Assembly: GCA_050012255.1 (NCBI GenBank)
Contig: JBEKHN010000001.1
Location: forward strand, 128,001 to 192,000
Length of the DNA: 64,000 nucleotides
From: Candidatus Bathyarchaeia archaeon
GTDB taxonomy: Archaea; Thermoproteota; Bathyarchaeia; Bathyarchaeales; Bathycorpusculaceae
Direction: 5' to 3'
Notes under the pieces: generated by a model
Told to the model about the DNA's origin: nothing
Database searches by the model: none
The model's input: only the letters and a program-made list of their open reading frames with translations
Part shown: in pieces, positions 1-10,636 of the stretch
Numbering within the stretch: position 1 is the stretch's first letter
How the letters are laid out: every line of letters starts with the position of its first letter
Made by a program: the position numbers and the translations under genes

Positions 1-61
1 AACTTTCTACATGTACTCGTTACCATCATCGATTCTCAGAAGGAAAGTGATGAAAAAATGA
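1..61 (+). CDS. mvhG: 3' end of [NiFe]-hydrogenase small subunit (MvhG-like), partial at window edge
   Basis: Frame from nt 2 reads TFYMYSLPSSILRRKVMKK*, resembling the MvhG C-terminus; its stop overlaps the large-subunit ATG (ATGA). Confidence 0.7.
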   Translation, partial: TFYMYSLPSSILRRKVMKK

Positions 62-1512
62 AGGAAGTAGTCATAGACCCGATCACGAGACTCGAGGGCC
101 ACGGGAACGTTTCAATATTTCTCAACGATGCAGGAGAAGTAGAAAACGCCTACCTGAAGATTCCCGAACTGAGAGGTTTCGAGAAGTTCTGCATCGGAAG
201 AAGAGCTGAACTCATGCCGATTTTGACCACCAGAATCTGCGGAGTCTGCCCTGTTGCCCATCACTTCGCGTCAGTTAAAGCCTTAGACGCTGCTTTCAAC
301 GTTGAACCGCCGTCCACGGCCAAGAAGCTCAGGGAACTCATGTACGCTGGATACATCATCTACGACCACACACTCCACTTCTACTACCTAGGGGGCCCAG
401 ACTTCATAGTCGGCCCCGACGCTCCGCCTGAGAAAAGAAACATCCTTGGCGTCATTGAAAAAGCAGGCATGGACGTGGCCAAAGAAGTCATCAAACACAG
501 AGCCTACGGTCAAAAGATAACAGAGATTCTCGGAGGAAAAGCGACGCACCCCGTGTGCGGACTGCCCGGCGGAATCTCTAAGGCCCTCAGCGAAGAGAAC
601 AGACAGGAAATCGAAAAGATGGCCGCGTCATCGCTGGAATTCGCGAAACTGACGCTTAAGATATTCCACGACATCGTCCTGGGCAACAGCAAGTATGTTG
701 ACATGATCAAGAGCGACGCCTACACTATGAAGACATACTACATGGGCCTCGTCGACGAGAACAACAAAGTGAACTTCTACGACGGAAAAATCAGAGTAGT
801 CGATCCCGATGGGAAAGAATTCCTGAAGTTTGAACCCAAAGACTACCTGACTCATATCGCCGAACACGTGGAAGAGTGGACTTACGCGAAGTTCCCATAC
901 TTGAAGAAGGTGGGATGGAAGGGTCAAGTTTACGGACCTGACAGCGGAGTTTACCGGGTCGGCCCGCTTGCAAGACTGAACGCTTCAAGCGGCATGGCCA
1001 CACCGCTGGCTCAAGCCGAACACGACGAAATGTACAAGACTCTCGGCGGCAAGCCTGTGCACGGCACTCTGGCCTTCCACTGGGCACGGCTGATTGAGTT
1101 GCTCTACGCTACCGAACGAGCCCTAGAACTGGTAAGAGACCCAGAGATCACCGACACGAACATACGCGCAAAACCAGGTGAACCCAGTGAGGGCGTAGGC
1201 GTCGTCGAAGCAGCAAGGGGTACGCTCTACCACCACTACGTGTTGGATAAGGATGCCCTGGTCAAGGACGTCAACATGATCGTTGCCACGACCAACAATT
1301 ATCCAGCAATCTGCATGTCGATCCGTGACGCAGCCAAAGGCCTGATCCACGGTGGCGAAGTAAACCAAGGCCTACTCAACATGGTAGAAATGGCTTTCAG
1401 AGCCTACGACCCCTGCTTCGGATGCGCAACACACTACGCAGTTGGACAGATGCCGCTGACGGTTGAGATCTACGACTACGAGAAAAAACTAATCAAGATC
1501 GTGAAAAGGTAA
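58..1512 (+). CDS. mvhA: Group 3 (MvhA-like) [NiFe]-hydrogenase large subunit
   Basis: ITRLEGH N-terminus, L1 motif RICGVC, L2 motif DPCFGCATH followed by a cleavable C-terminal extension. Confidence 0.92.
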   Translation: MKEVVIDPITRLEGHGNVSIFLNDAGEVENAYLKIPELRGFEKFCIGRRAELMPILTTRICGVCPVAHHFASVKALDAAFNVEPPSTAKKLRELMYAGYIIYDHTLHFYYLGGPDFIVGPDAPPEKRNILGVIEKAGMDVAKEVIKHRAYGQKITEILGGKATHPVCGLPGGISKALSEENRQEIEKMAASSLEFAKLTLKIFHDIVLGNSKYVDMIKSDAYTMKTYYMGLVDENNKVNFYDGKIRVVDPDGKEFLKFEPKDYLTHIAEHVEEWTYAKFPYLKKVGWKGQVYGPDSGVYRVGPLARLNASSGMATPLAQAEHDEMYKTLGGKPVHGTLAFHWARLIELLYATERALELVRDPEITDTNIRAKPGEPSEGVGVVEAARGTLYHHYVLDKDALVKDVNMIVATTNNYPAICMSIRDAAKGLIHGGEVNQGLLNMVEMAFRAYDPCFGCATHYAVGQMPLTVEIYDYEKKLIKIVKR

Positions 1513-1557
1513 ACCCTTTTCTCACTCCTTCATTTTCTGGTTCCGCGGCGATTTCTA

Positions 1558-2076
1558 ATGCCAAACAAACCTGGGAAGTATAATGTCCAAGAAGAGTTGA
1601 GCAAGTGGCTAGGAAGAGCTGAAAGGCTTGTTCTAGCCGGAATCGGAAATCCAATACGCGGGGACGACTTCGTCGGGGTCAAAATCGTCCAGAACCTGAA
1701 GGGAAGAGTCTCGAAAAAAGTCCTTCTACTAGAGTGTGAAACGGTTCCGGAAAGCTACCTCGAGCAAATAATCGACTTCAACCCAACACACATTCTTCTC
1801 ATAGACGCAGCAGTTCTGGGATTAAAACCCGGTGACTCTGAGCTTCGTGAACCCGAAAAACTGACAGCCGCGCCTGCGTTCTCAACCCATATGCTTCCGC
1901 TACGCATATTTTGCGAGTACCTTTCCAAGGCAACCAAAACGAGGATCGCGCTACTACTCATAGAACCTGAAAACACCGATTTCGGAGAGGGTCTATCGCC
2001 AGAAATTGACGCCGTTGCAAAGAAGATCACGAAAACCCTGCTTGAGACTTTCTCTCAGCAAAACCGATCATCCTAG
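1558..2076 (+). CDS. hycI: Hydrogenase maturation endopeptidase (HycI-like)
   Basis: GIGNPIRGDD, ETVPE, IDAA and STH motifs; directly follows the large subunit. Confidence 0.88.
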   Translation: MPNKPGKYNVQEELSKWLGRAERLVLAGIGNPIRGDDFVGVKIVQNLKGRVSKKVLLLECETVPESYLEQIIDFNPTHILLIDAAVLGLKPGDSELREPEKLTAAPAFSTHMLPLRIFCEYLSKATKTRIALLLIEPENTDFGEGLSPEIDAVAKKITKTLLETFSQQNRSS

Positions 2077-2667
2077 TCTTTTCTGAAGCCTTAACTCGTC
2101 TCTTATCGGCAGGTTTCCTATGCCCATAAGGATTTTTCCGTGTTTCTTAGCTATGACGTTAGGCTTCACTCCGTAAATCTGGAAGCCAACAGACTGGTAG
2201 AAGGCCAATGCGGGTAAATCATCGTTCGAAGTTGAAACAAGTAGTCTTTTCTTTCTTCTTCGAATAGCCTCGTCTTCGACTTTTTTAACAAGTCCTTTGC
2301 CCACGCCTGAGCCTTGATACTGAGGCAAGACCCCTAAGGCTACAATGATAATAGCATCATCTACCTCTGCAGTAGAGATGAAGCCAACTACGCTGTCTTT
2401 GAATCTCGCAACGTACGCTGGCAGTTCTGTAACCTTGAATTTTCGGTCAAAGGTCAGCTGCTCTTCTTCTCCCCAAAAACCTCTAACAAACCCTCCGATC
2501 TCGTTCTTTTTCTCCTCAGAAGTTGCCCTGTCAATGGTGTATTCGAGTTTGGTTTTCTTTACGCATTCGGGACAGGCGATTCTGAGTTGTGCATGCTCTC
2601 CGCAGAGAAACCGCCTGCACAAGCCGCACTTGAACACTGCGTCTCTGCAACAGTAGTGGCACTTCAT
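2068..2667 (-). CDS. GNAT acetyltransferase with N-terminal Cys-rich zinc finger
   Basis: Acetyl-CoA motif QGSGVG and ALAFYQSVGF; N-terminal CxxC..CxxC..CxxH..CxxC. Confidence 0.8.
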   Translation of the reverse strand: MKCHYCCRDAVFKCGLCRRFLCGEHAQLRIACPECVKKTKLEYTIDRATSEEKKNEIGGFVRGFWGEEEQLTFDRKFKVTELPAYVARFKDSVVGFISTAEVDDAIIIVALGVLPQYQGSGVGKGLVKKVEDEAIRRRKKRLLVSTSNDDLPALAFYQSVGFQIYGVKPNVIAKKHGKILMGIGNLPIRDELRLQKRLG

Positions 2668-2759
2668 GAGTCACTCTTCCCATTCTACTGTTCTATCAAA
2701 AAGCTATATAACAACAGAGCCTCAGTATTGCTAGGAAAGCACTCAGGGGGTCTCAGCAA

Positions 2760-3281
2760 ATGTGTGTCTTGGGCAAAGACAAGGTGAAGGAACTCATCGA
2801 CAATTACAAAGTCGTCTACCCTTATGATTACAACCTACTTGACGGTGACGGCTACATTCTGACCGTCAGGGAAGAAACAACCCTACACTACATGGAGCAC
2901 AAAAACCTGATATCCCACGAAATACTCTTCATCCCGCCAAACTACGTCGCTCACATGACTGCAAAGAGCAAGTATGGTAGAATGGGCCTGTCCTTCCTAA
3001 ACGCCGCGAAGGTGCACAGCGGATTCATCGGCAGACTAGCCCTTGAAGTAGTAAACCTCAGCAACGACCATCATCCCATCATAATCAAGAGAGGAGACCC
3101 TTTCATGCACGTGGAATTCGTAACTAGAGAAGGCCAGCCCTCACCGTACATGGGAGAATACCAGTTTCAGTACATGAGCGAAGAAGAAATGCAGATGTAC
3201 ATTCCAACCCTGAAAAAAGTCTTTCCAAACTACGAGGAACTGGCCAAAGCATGGCTCAAGAACAAAAGACTACTGCCATGA
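2760..3281 (+). CDS. dcd: dCTP deaminase / trimeric dUTPase-family protein
   Basis: KSKYGRMG, SGFIGRLALE and PYxGxYQxQ motifs. Confidence 0.75.
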   Translation: MCVLGKDKVKELIDNYKVVYPYDYNLLDGDGYILTVREETTLHYMEHKNLISHEILFIPPNYVAHMTAKSKYGRMGLSFLNAAKVHSGFIGRLALEVVNLSNDHHPIIIKRGDPFMHVEFVTREGQPSPYMGEYQFQYMSEEEMQMYIPTLKKVFPNYEELAKAWLKNKRLLP

Positions 3282-3453
3282 GGTTTGCAACGTCGTGTTT
3301 TAGAGCGGCAGAGAAACACACCGCAGGCGCAAAGTAGACTCAAAATACCTAACAGTGAACCAGAAAACGAATCAGTCATTTATAGAAGTATGTTCTATTT
3401 TGACTGTTAAATGTTTAAATACAGCGGCTTAAGGTATGCTAAAGGGAACCACC

Positions 3454-3972
3454 ATGAAAGCAAAAAACTACAGAGCCGTAAAAGGACAAGCTTACACGAG
3501 AAGAGAGTTCATAAAGGGTTTTCCCCAGCCCAAAATAACCAAGTTCACCATGGGCGACACAAAATCCAGCTTTGGATACGAGGGAAAACTCATATCCCTC
3601 GAAGCAGCCCAGATTCGCCACAACGCTCTAGAAGCTGCCCGAGTGGCCACGAACCGCTTATTGATGGAGAAGCTGGTTAACAATTATCAGTTACAGGTTC
3701 ATCCCTACCCGCATACCATACTTCGGGAGAATAAGATGATTTTCGGCGCACACGCAGACCGTCTTCAAGATGGTATGCGCAGGTCTTTCGGAAAACCAAT
3801 AGGCACAGCCGCACGCGTCAGACCCAACCAGACGATCATCAGCGTCTTCGTGAACGGGGACGCTGTTGAACTCGCCAAGGAATCTCTTAAGCGTGGAAGC
3901 GCAAAGCTTCCAATGCCCTGTCGAATCGTGATTGAAAAACTTCAAACTGAAGAGGTGAAGACAGTTGACTGA
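3454..3972 (+). CDS. rpl10e: 50S ribosomal protein L10e (uL16)
   Basis: YTRREF, QIRHNALEAAR, ADRLQDGMRRSFGKP; ATG at 3454 preferred. Confidence 0.96.
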   Translation: MKAKNYRAVKGQAYTRREFIKGFPQPKITKFTMGDTKSSFGYEGKLISLEAAQIRHNALEAARVATNRLLMEKLVNNYQLQVHPYPHTILRENKMIFGAHADRLQDGMRRSFGKPIGTAARVRPNQTIISVFVNGDAVELAKESLKRGSAKLPMPCRIVIEKLQTEEVKTVD

Positions 3973-6415
3973 AATGAGAAAGGACCTAGTGATATGGTTT
4001 GAAAGCCTGAGAAAAACAGACATCCCGTCCGTGGGAGGAAAAAACGCCAACCTCGGCGAAATGACGAGCGCAGGCATACCTGTCCCACCCGGATTCGCCA
4101 TAACAGCCTACGCCTACAAGAAATTCATTGAAGAAGCAAAGATTGCCGCAAAGATCTATGCGATCATAGACGAAACAGTAACCGACGTAAACGACCCTGG
4201 GCAATACGAGTTGGCCTCAAAGAAAATCCGTGAGCTAATCGAAGCAACATCAATGCCTAAAGACATTGAAAACGCCATCAGAGTTGCCTATGAAGAGCTA
4301 AGCAAGAAAATCAACGTTAAGGAACCATTCGTTGCTGTCAGGTCAAGCGCCACAGCGGAAGACTTGGCGGATGCATCTTTCGCTGGGCAGCAAGAAACGT
4401 TTTTGAACACGAGAGGAGTCAAAAACGTTCTCCTAAACACTGTGAAATGCTGGTCCAGCCTGTTCACTCCACGTGCAATCTTTTACCGCAACGAGAAAGG
4501 TTTTGCACATGAGAAAGTCTTCATAAGCGTCGGAGTACAGAAGATGGTGAATTCCGAGGCTGCCGGCGTCATCTTCACGCTGAACCCTGTAACAGGCGAC
4601 ACAAGTCAGATAGTTATCGAGGGCAACTACGGCCTAGGCGAAGCAGTTGTTTCAGGGTCTGTCACGCCGGACGACTTCGTCGTTCACAAGGAGTCGATGA
4701 AGATAATCGAGAGACGAATAGCCAAGAAAACTGTCCAATATGTTAGGGATCCAAAGACGGGGCACACGATACACGAAGAGGTGCCCTTGGAAAAGCAACA
4801 GCTGCCCTGTATTAGCGATCAAGAAATAGCCAAGCTTGCAGAATTGGCCCAACGGATCGAGAAGCATTATGGGAAACCGCAAGACATCGAGTGGGCCATA
4901 GACGGGGACATTGAGTTTCCGGACAACGTGTTCATGACTCAATCAAGGCCTGAAACAGTTTGGAGCACGAAGTTGGCGGAAGCCCCAGCAAAAAGCGAAG
5001 CAGCAGAAGTGAAGCCGGAATTGAAGGTCGTTGTCAAAGGAATCGCCGCTGGCAAACGAGGCTACGGCATAGGCATCGCCAAAATCGTGGCAGACCCTCA
5101 GGAAGCTGCCAAAGTCATGAAGAAAGGCGACATACTCGTAACGGACATGACCAACCCTGACTATGTGCCGTTCATGAAACTAGCAGGCGCGATAGTCACC
5201 AATAAGGGTGGAGTAACCTGTCACGCGGCTATAGTGAGCCGTGAACTGGGCATCCCATGCGTCGTGGGAACCGAGAAGGCCACGCAGGTAATGGTCACAG
5301 GAAAAGAGTACACTGTGGACTCAAGAAGCGGTGTGGTCTACGAAGGCGCGCTGCAAACATTAACTGCACAGCTTTCATCTGCGAGTACCGCCGCTGCAGG
5401 TCAAGCTGCTGTCGGCGTAGGCACATTCCAAGCCGTGCCAACAACAGCGACCAAGATCTACATGAACCTGGGCGTGCCGGAGAAGGTTGAAGAGTACAAA
5501 GACCTGCCCTTCGAGGGCATCGGACTGATGCGCATAGAGTTCATCCTAGCTAGCTCCATCGGAGAACACCCACTGCAATTTATAGAAACCGGAAAAAGCC
5601 AACAATTTGTCGACAAACTCGCAGAAGGAGTAGCGACAGTCGCGAGGGCGATTCAGCCACGTCCGGTGGTGGTACGCTTCAGCGACTTCAAGACCAACGA
5701 GTACAGGGAATTGAAAGGCGGCGAGAAATACGAGATCATTGAAGCAAATCCTATGCTGGGCTGGAGAGGCTGCAGCCGCTACGTAAGCCAATGGTACGAA
5801 AAGGCGTTCAGACTCGAATGTCAGGCTATTGTCAAATGCAGAAGAGAGTGGGGACTGAAAAACGTGTGGGTCATGCTTCCAGTCGTGCGCACTCTGTGGG
5901 AAGCCAAGGCAGTCCTTGAAATCATGCGACAAGAAGGCTTGGAAAGATCAAAAGACTTCAAAGTCTGGTTCATGGCTGAAACACCCTCACTCGCCATACT
6001 GACCGATGAATTCTCAAAACTTGCCGACGGCTTCTCGATAGGCTCAAACGACATGACCCAAGGCATACTGATGATCGACAGAGACTCAGAACGCTTGGGG
6101 CAGATGGGATACTTCGATGAGAGAGACCCGGCCGTGGAAAGAATAATCGCGCACCTGATCAGAGTTGCCCATGAGAACGGAGCCACCGTATCCATATGCG
6201 GGGAAGGCCCATCAAACCTGCCTGACTTCGCAGAATTCCTCGTGAGAAACGGAATCGACAGCATCTCGGTAAACAATGATGCAGTGATAGCCACTAGGAA
6301 GCTTGTCGCAAGCATAGAGCAGAAGATAATTCTAGAACGACTTGCTGAACTGAACGAAAAAGCCCTTGGGCACACAGTGCGAAAACCGGTTCAACCTTGG
6401 GAATGGACACCGTAA
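3965..6415 (+). CDS. ppsA: Phosphoenolpyruvate synthase
   Basis: VGGKNANLGEM, VRSSATAED, phospho-His motif GGVTCHAAIVSRE, FSIGSND, SICGE. Confidence 0.95.
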   Translation: MTEMRKDLVIWFESLRKTDIPSVGGKNANLGEMTSAGIPVPPGFAITAYAYKKFIEEAKIAAKIYAIIDETVTDVNDPGQYELASKKIRELIEATSMPKDIENAIRVAYEELSKKINVKEPFVAVRSSATAEDLADASFAGQQETFLNTRGVKNVLLNTVKCWSSLFTPRAIFYRNEKGFAHEKVFISVGVQKMVNSEAAGVIFTLNPVTGDTSQIVIEGNYGLGEAVVSGSVTPDDFVVHKESMKIIERRIAKKTVQYVRDPKTGHTIHEEVPLEKQQLPCISDQEIAKLAELAQRIEKHYGKPQDIEWAIDGDIEFPDNVFMTQSRPETVWSTKLAEAPAKSEAAEVKPELKVVVKGIAAGKRGYGIGIAKIVADPQEAAKVMKKGDILVTDMTNPDYVPFMKLAGAIVTNKGGVTCHAAIVSRELGIPCVVGTEKATQVMVTGKEYTVDSRSGVVYEGALQTLTAQLSSASTAAAGQAAVGVGTFQAVPTTATKIYMNLGVPEKVEEYKDLPFEGIGLMRIEFILASSIGEHPLQFIETGKSQQFVDKLAEGVATVARAIQPRPVVVRFSDFKTNEYRELKGGEKYEIIEANPMLGWRGCSRYVSQWYEKAFRLECQAIVKCRREWGLKNVWVMLPVVRTLWEAKAVLEIMRQEGLERSKDFKVWFMAETPSLAILTDEFSKLADGFSIGSNDMTQGILMIDRDSERLGQMGYFDERDPAVERIIAHLIRVAHENGATVSICGEGPSNLPDFAEFLVRNGIDSISVNNDAVIATRKLVASIEQKIILERLAELNEKALGHTVRKPVQPWEWTP

Positions 6416-6458
6416 GAGTTACCTCAGCTCATTCCTCCATGATTTAAGGTGTGTTCGC

Positions 6459-7460
6459 ATGAGACAGTTTGACCTAGAAGAGGAGAGAGTCAAACAGGAA
6501 ATTCTCAAACTCGGCGCAAAACGCGTCTTGATCCAACTCCCGGAGGGCTTAAAGCCCGAAGCTCCACACATCGCAAAGACCCTCGAAAAGTTCGGTGTGC
6601 TACCCATCGTCTCTGCAGACCCTTGCTATGGCGCGTGCGATTTGGCGATAGCTGAAGCTGAAAGCTTGGGCGTAGACTTGATAATCCATTATGGACACTC
6701 TAAACTCGTTAGGTATGAACGCGTTCCAACACTTTACGTTGAAGCCCGTGCAGCCGTTAACGTAAACTCTGCTGTCGAAAAGGCCCTGCCGCTGCTGAAG
6801 AAATGGCACAAGATAGGGTTGGCTACAACCGTTCAACACGTTCAAACCCTCGACGAAGTCAGAGAAACCCTCGTCCGCGCAGGCAAGACCGTCATGATAG
6901 GCGACACCAGACGCCTAAACTATCCTGGCCAAGTCACAGGGTGCGACTACAGCAACGCGATCTCAATAGCGAAGGATGTTGAAGCTTTTCTCTTCATCGG
7001 CGGAGGACAATTCCACGCCTTGGGCCTGGCTCTTTCAACCTCAAAGCCAACAGTCGTTGCTGACCCCTTTGATGACACATCGTTTTCTGTGGATAAAGAA
7101 GCGGAGAGAATCTTCAAGCAGCGATGGGCGATGATAGAAGACGCAAAGGAAGCGAAAAACTTCGGGGTTCTGCTTGGCACAAAACCCGGACAGAAAAGGC
7201 TTGAAGAAGCTTTTCAGGTCAAAGAGAAGCTTGAAGGCAACGGGAAAACAGCATATCTCCTAGCAGCTAGAGAAATCACTCCAGAAGCACTGATGGAATT
7301 TCCAACGATCGACGCGTTCGTCAACACGGCCTGCCCAAGAATTTCTCTTGATGACTCCGCCAATTTCCGAAAGCCAATTTTAACGAAGAATGAAACCTTA
7401 GTCGCCATTGGTGAGCTGCCCTGGGAAGAATTATGCAAAAGAGGTTTGCTCGAAAACTAG
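6459..7460 (+). CDS. dph2: Diphthamide biosynthesis protein Dph2
   Basis: [20 protein letters not shown] and NTACPRI Fe-S cysteines; ATG at 6459 preferred. Confidence 0.93.
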   Translation: MRQFDLEEERVKQEILKLGAKRVLIQLPEGLKPEAPHIAKTLEKFGVLPIVSADPCYGACDLAIAEAESLGVDLIIHYGHSKLVRYERVPTLYVEARAAVNVNSAVEKALPLLKKWHKIGLATTVQHVQTLDEVRETLVRAGKTVMIGDTRRLNYPGQVTGCDYSNAISIAKDVEAFLFIGGGQFHALGLALSTSKPTVVADPFDDTSFSVDKEAERIFKQRWAMIEDAKEAKNFGVLLGTKPGQKRLEEAFQVKEKLEGNGKTAYLLAAREITPEALMEFPTIDAFVNTACPRISLDDSANFRKPILTKNETLVAIGELPWEELCKRGLLEN

Positions 7461-8140
7461 AATTAGAGATGATGCTCTCAAAAATCAAGCCTCACCCTGC
7501 GCCCACACCTAACCTTGAGCAGTACACCATTTCAGCTGACACGGCGGCAACGATGCTTTACATTGCTGCCTACTCAAACGGGGACATCGTTGACAGGACC
7601 GTTTTGGACCTGGGCTGCGGCACGGGCAGGCTGGCCATAGGAGCTGCTCTATTAGGCGCGAAAGAGGTCGTAGGCGTAGATCTGGACAAAACTGGAGTGA
7701 AAGCGGCCTTTGAGAGCTCTTTGGCAACAGGTGTGAAGGACAGGACACAGTGGGTTGTCGCAGACATTGATTCTGTTCGTGGATACTTTGACACGGTCCT
7801 GGAGAACCCGCCCTTCGGAGTTCAAAAAAAGGGGGCTGACAGAAAGTTTCTAGCCAAAGCCTTAGAATTGGGAAGAGTTACCTATTCTCTTCACAAAAGG
7901 CCTCACGCAGATTCGACTTTTGCCAAGAGACTGAGAAAGAGCAGCGATGGTACCATCGCGGTTCCCCCGTCTTCTTTCATGAAAAAGTTCATCGAAGAAA
8001 GCGGAGGAAGAATAGAAGCTGTTTATGCCTTGTTAATGACCCTCCCACACATGTTCAACTTCCACACAGAAAAGAAGCATGAGTTTCAAGTCGACCTGTA
8101 CGTCGTGCACAGAAGGCAACCTGTTCATGATGCGCGCTAA
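7433..8140 (+). CDS. METTL5-family RNA N6-adenine methyltransferase
   Basis: LEQY, DLGCGTG, NPPFG and YSLHK motifs. Confidence 0.88.
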   Translation: MQKRFARKLELEMMLSKIKPHPAPTPNLEQYTISADTAATMLYIAAYSNGDIVDRTVLDLGCGTGRLAIGAALLGAKEVVGVDLDKTGVKAAFESSLATGVKDRTQWVVADIDSVRGYFDTVLENPPFGVQKKGADRKFLAKALELGRVTYSLHKRPHADSTFAKRLRKSSDGTIAVPPSSFMKKFIEESGGRIEAVYALLMTLPHMFNFHTEKKHEFQVDLYVVHRRQPVHDAR

Positions 8141-8258
8141 TCAAAAGGTTTATTGATAAGCGCAGAAAGAACAGTTACAACTGTTTAGTTGACGGCGCGC
8201 CCAGCAATGCGCAAGCATCTGACGTGCGAGCCAACGTAACAATGAACAGGGATTTCCA

Positions 8259-8873
8259 ATGACTGCAAAGTCCACCGAACCTAAGACTGGTCAACTGGCC
8301 TTACCAGGCGAACGCCTAGGCGTGATCGAAGAGTTCACTCCAGATGCTGGAACTTTCGTGAAAGACGGAGTGATCTATTCCAAAGTCGTCGGCCGCGTCT
8401 TGATCGACCTGGCACACAAACGTGTCACAGTTCATCAATTGACCCACGGGGCAAAGGTGCCCATTACGGGAAGCACAGTTGTGGGGCAAGTTTCAAGCGC
8501 ACAGTCTGAAACCGCAGGAATGCGCATTTTTGAAATAGGCGCCGAGGAAGTTTCCAGCGGTTTCATGGGCATACTGCACATCTCAGATGCTCACATTCGG
8601 TACGTCGATTCGATGTTTGACGTGTGCAAGCCCGGCGACATCGTAAGGGCAAAGGTGATCAGCGAAAAGAACAGAACCTACCATCTGTCGACCAAGGACA
8701 GAAACTTAGGCGTAGTCTATGCTTTCTGCTCGAACTGTGGAACGCTACTCGAACAGAGAAGACAAGGCATGCACTGCCCAAAGTGTGGGCGGCTTGAGAG
8801 ACGCAAGACCGCGGCAGACTATGGAAGAGGATTAATCGAGCGCAGGAAGGATGAAGAGGAAAATGAAAGTTAA
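8259..8873 (+). CDS. csl4: Exosome complex component Csl4
   Basis: LPGERLGVIEEF, S1 domain, LGVVYAFCSNCG..CPKCG..ERRK zinc ribbon. Confidence 0.93.
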   Translation: MTAKSTEPKTGQLALPGERLGVIEEFTPDAGTFVKDGVIYSKVVGRVLIDLAHKRVTVHQLTHGAKVPITGSTVVGQVSSAQSETAGMRIFEIGAEEVSSGFMGILHISDAHIRYVDSMFDVCKPGDIVRAKVISEKNRTYHLSTKDRNLGVVYAFCSNCGTLLEQRRQGMHCPKCGRLERRKTAADYGRGLIERRKDEEENES

Positions 8874-9147
8874 CGTGCTCAAAAAGACCTCAAACGAGCT
8901 CAAGATCGAATTGGAAGGCGCCGGCCACACGCTTTGCAACCTGCTGCAAAAAGAGCTTTTGGAGGAGGACAGCGTAGACATGGCTGGCTATGACATCCCG
9001 CATCCTTTGGCTTCGAACCCAATAATCTATGTGCGCACGAAGGGCAAAGTGAAGCCTGAGCAGGTCTTGCGGAACGCTATAGAAAAAACGCGGACCATAA
9101 ACAAAGAATTCGGCAAAGAGCTAGCCAAAAGTCTCAAGGAAAAGTGA
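8863..9147 (+). CDS. rpoL: RNA polymerase subunit L (Rpo11)
   Basis: GHTLCNLLQ..AGYDIPHPL; csl4-rpoL synteny. Confidence 0.93.
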   Translation: MKVNVLKKTSNELKIELEGAGHTLCNLLQKELLEEDSVDMAGYDIPHPLASNPIIYVRTKGKVKPEQVLRNAIEKTRTINKEFGKELAKSLKEK

Positions 9148-9529
9148 TTCTGCTTTTTATCTTTGCGAGCAGCTCGCGTAGGCCCTCAACAGGATCACTC
9201 TCCCTCCCAATCATGGCCACACTTTCGTCCAAGCTGACCCAGCGGCTGAGCCAAGCATAAACTATCAATGCTTCTGCGGCATCAGCCAGGCCGTGTCTCG
9301 ACATTCCCGACGGCAAACATTCTCTAAGCCCAGCCTTCCTCAAGGCCTCGGCCAGAACGCTTCCTTTCACCTTTGTGCCAAAGGGGCTGCCCTTTCTATT
9401 GGATATGGCAAGCGAGTAAACAAAATTCACGTATGAGTCTCCAAGTGAGGCCAACTCGTGATCAATCAGGACTTCGTTAAGGTTTCTGCGAGTCCATGCA
9501 AAAGAAAGCCTTGGACAATGTTTGATCAA
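9134..9529 (-). CDS. Archaeal RNase III-like protein
   Basis: LASLGDSYVNF and ADAAEALI RNase III signature-like segments. Confidence 0.72.
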   Translation of the reverse strand: MIKHCPRLSFAWTRRNLNEVLIDHELASLGDSYVNFVYSLAISNRKGSPFGTKVKGSVLAEALRKAGLRECLPSGMSRHGLADAAEALIVYAWLSRWVSLDESVAMIGRESDPVEGLRELLAKIKSRITFP

Positions 9530-9617
9530 CTTACAGCCTCCCGTCAGGAGTATTCTTCACTAAGCTTATAACGTCTCCTTTCCCCATACTTCCACAAGCT
9601 TCTCTTGAGGAATCGTT

Positions 9618-10205
9618 TTGCCACCGAAGAAATTCCGTGTAATCAAACAGGAGATTCGTGTTCTAGGGGTCGATGACGGAGTCTTCATTCCCCACTCAAG
9701 AGGGTTTGCCCCCGTCATCGGCGTCGTTTTTCGCGGAGGATACTGGCTCGACGGAGTAATGAGCACCAAAATCGAAGTCGACGGCTTCGACGCTACAGAC
9801 AAAATAGCCACAATGATAGTCAACTCTCCGCATTATGAGCAGTTAAGAGTCATAATGCTCGATGGAATAACGTTTGGCGGTTTCAACGTGGTTGACGTGA
9901 AGAAGCTCAATGCTGAAACAAGGCTCCCAGTAATCGCCGTTACGAGGGACAAACCTGACTTCGATGACATACGCAAGGCGTTGGAGAATCTGCGATCTTC
10001 CGAGAAACGGTGGAAGGCCATTCTGAACGCGGGAGAGATTTTTGAAGTGGGCACTAGAAGAAAAGGCGAAAAGGCATTCATGGAAATCTGCGGAATTCTC
10101 GAAGACGATGCGAGGAGGATAGTGCAGCTGACCTCCACTCGAAGCAGCGTTCCAGAAGCCCTGCGCGTGGCCCATCTCATCGCCTCGGGTGTAAACAGAC
10201 TTTAG
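9618..10205 (+). CDS. DUF99 family protein (EndoV-like fold, endonuclease dU)
   Basis: GVDDG, VDGFDAT, DGITFGGFNVVD, PEALRVAHLIA. Confidence 0.88.
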   Translation: MPPKKFRVIKQEIRVLGVDDGVFIPHSRGFAPVIGVVFRGGYWLDGVMSTKIEVDGFDATDKIATMIVNSPHYEQLRVIMLDGITFGGFNVVDVKKLNAETRLPVIAVTRDKPDFDDIRKALENLRSSEKRWKAILNAGEIFEVGTRRKGEKAFMEICGILEDDARRIVQLTSTRSSVPEALRVAHLIASGVNRL

Positions 10206-10285
10206 TCTTGGTATTGATTCTAACGAGAAAAGATTTAAAAGAGGCCATGCTAAGGCTAATGAAACGGACAGCGGTGAAAATTTCG

Positions 10286-10636
10286 ATGGAATTTTGTCCA
10301 AAATGCGGTTCTCGACTTGCCCCGAAAAAACCGAAGGGAAAGGAAGGATCATTGATGTTGGCTTGCCCCAAATGCGGCTACAGAAAACACGCTTCTAGCA
10401 AGAAAGTGGAACCAAAAGTTGCGAAGGTGATCCAGCACAAGCCACAGCAGCTTGTGGCAGTAATAGGAAAGGAAGAACAGAAACTGAGAACGTTGCCAAC
10501 CGTCAGGATTGAATGCCCCAAGTGCGGAAACAACCTGGCATACGTCTGGCAAGTGCAGACAAGAGGCGCAGACGAGTCCTCGACCCAGTTCCTGCGCTGC
10601 ACGAAATGCAACTACACGTTCAGAGAATACAGCTGA
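10286..10636 (+). CDS. tfs: Transcription factor S (TFS/RpoM)
   Basis: MEFCPKCG; C-terminal zinc ribbon with QTRGADE acidic hairpin; ATG at 10286. Confidence 0.95.
   Translation: MEFCPKCGSRLAPKKPKGKEGSLMLACPKCGYRKHASSKKVEPKVAKVIQHKPQQLVAVIGKEEQKLRTLPTVRIECPKCGNNLAYVWQVQTRGADESSTQFLRCTKCNYTFREYS

Noticed and set aside
58-1512. Selenocysteine-type (NiFeSe) hydrogenase
   Set aside because: The L2 motif is DPCFGC with no in-frame TGA
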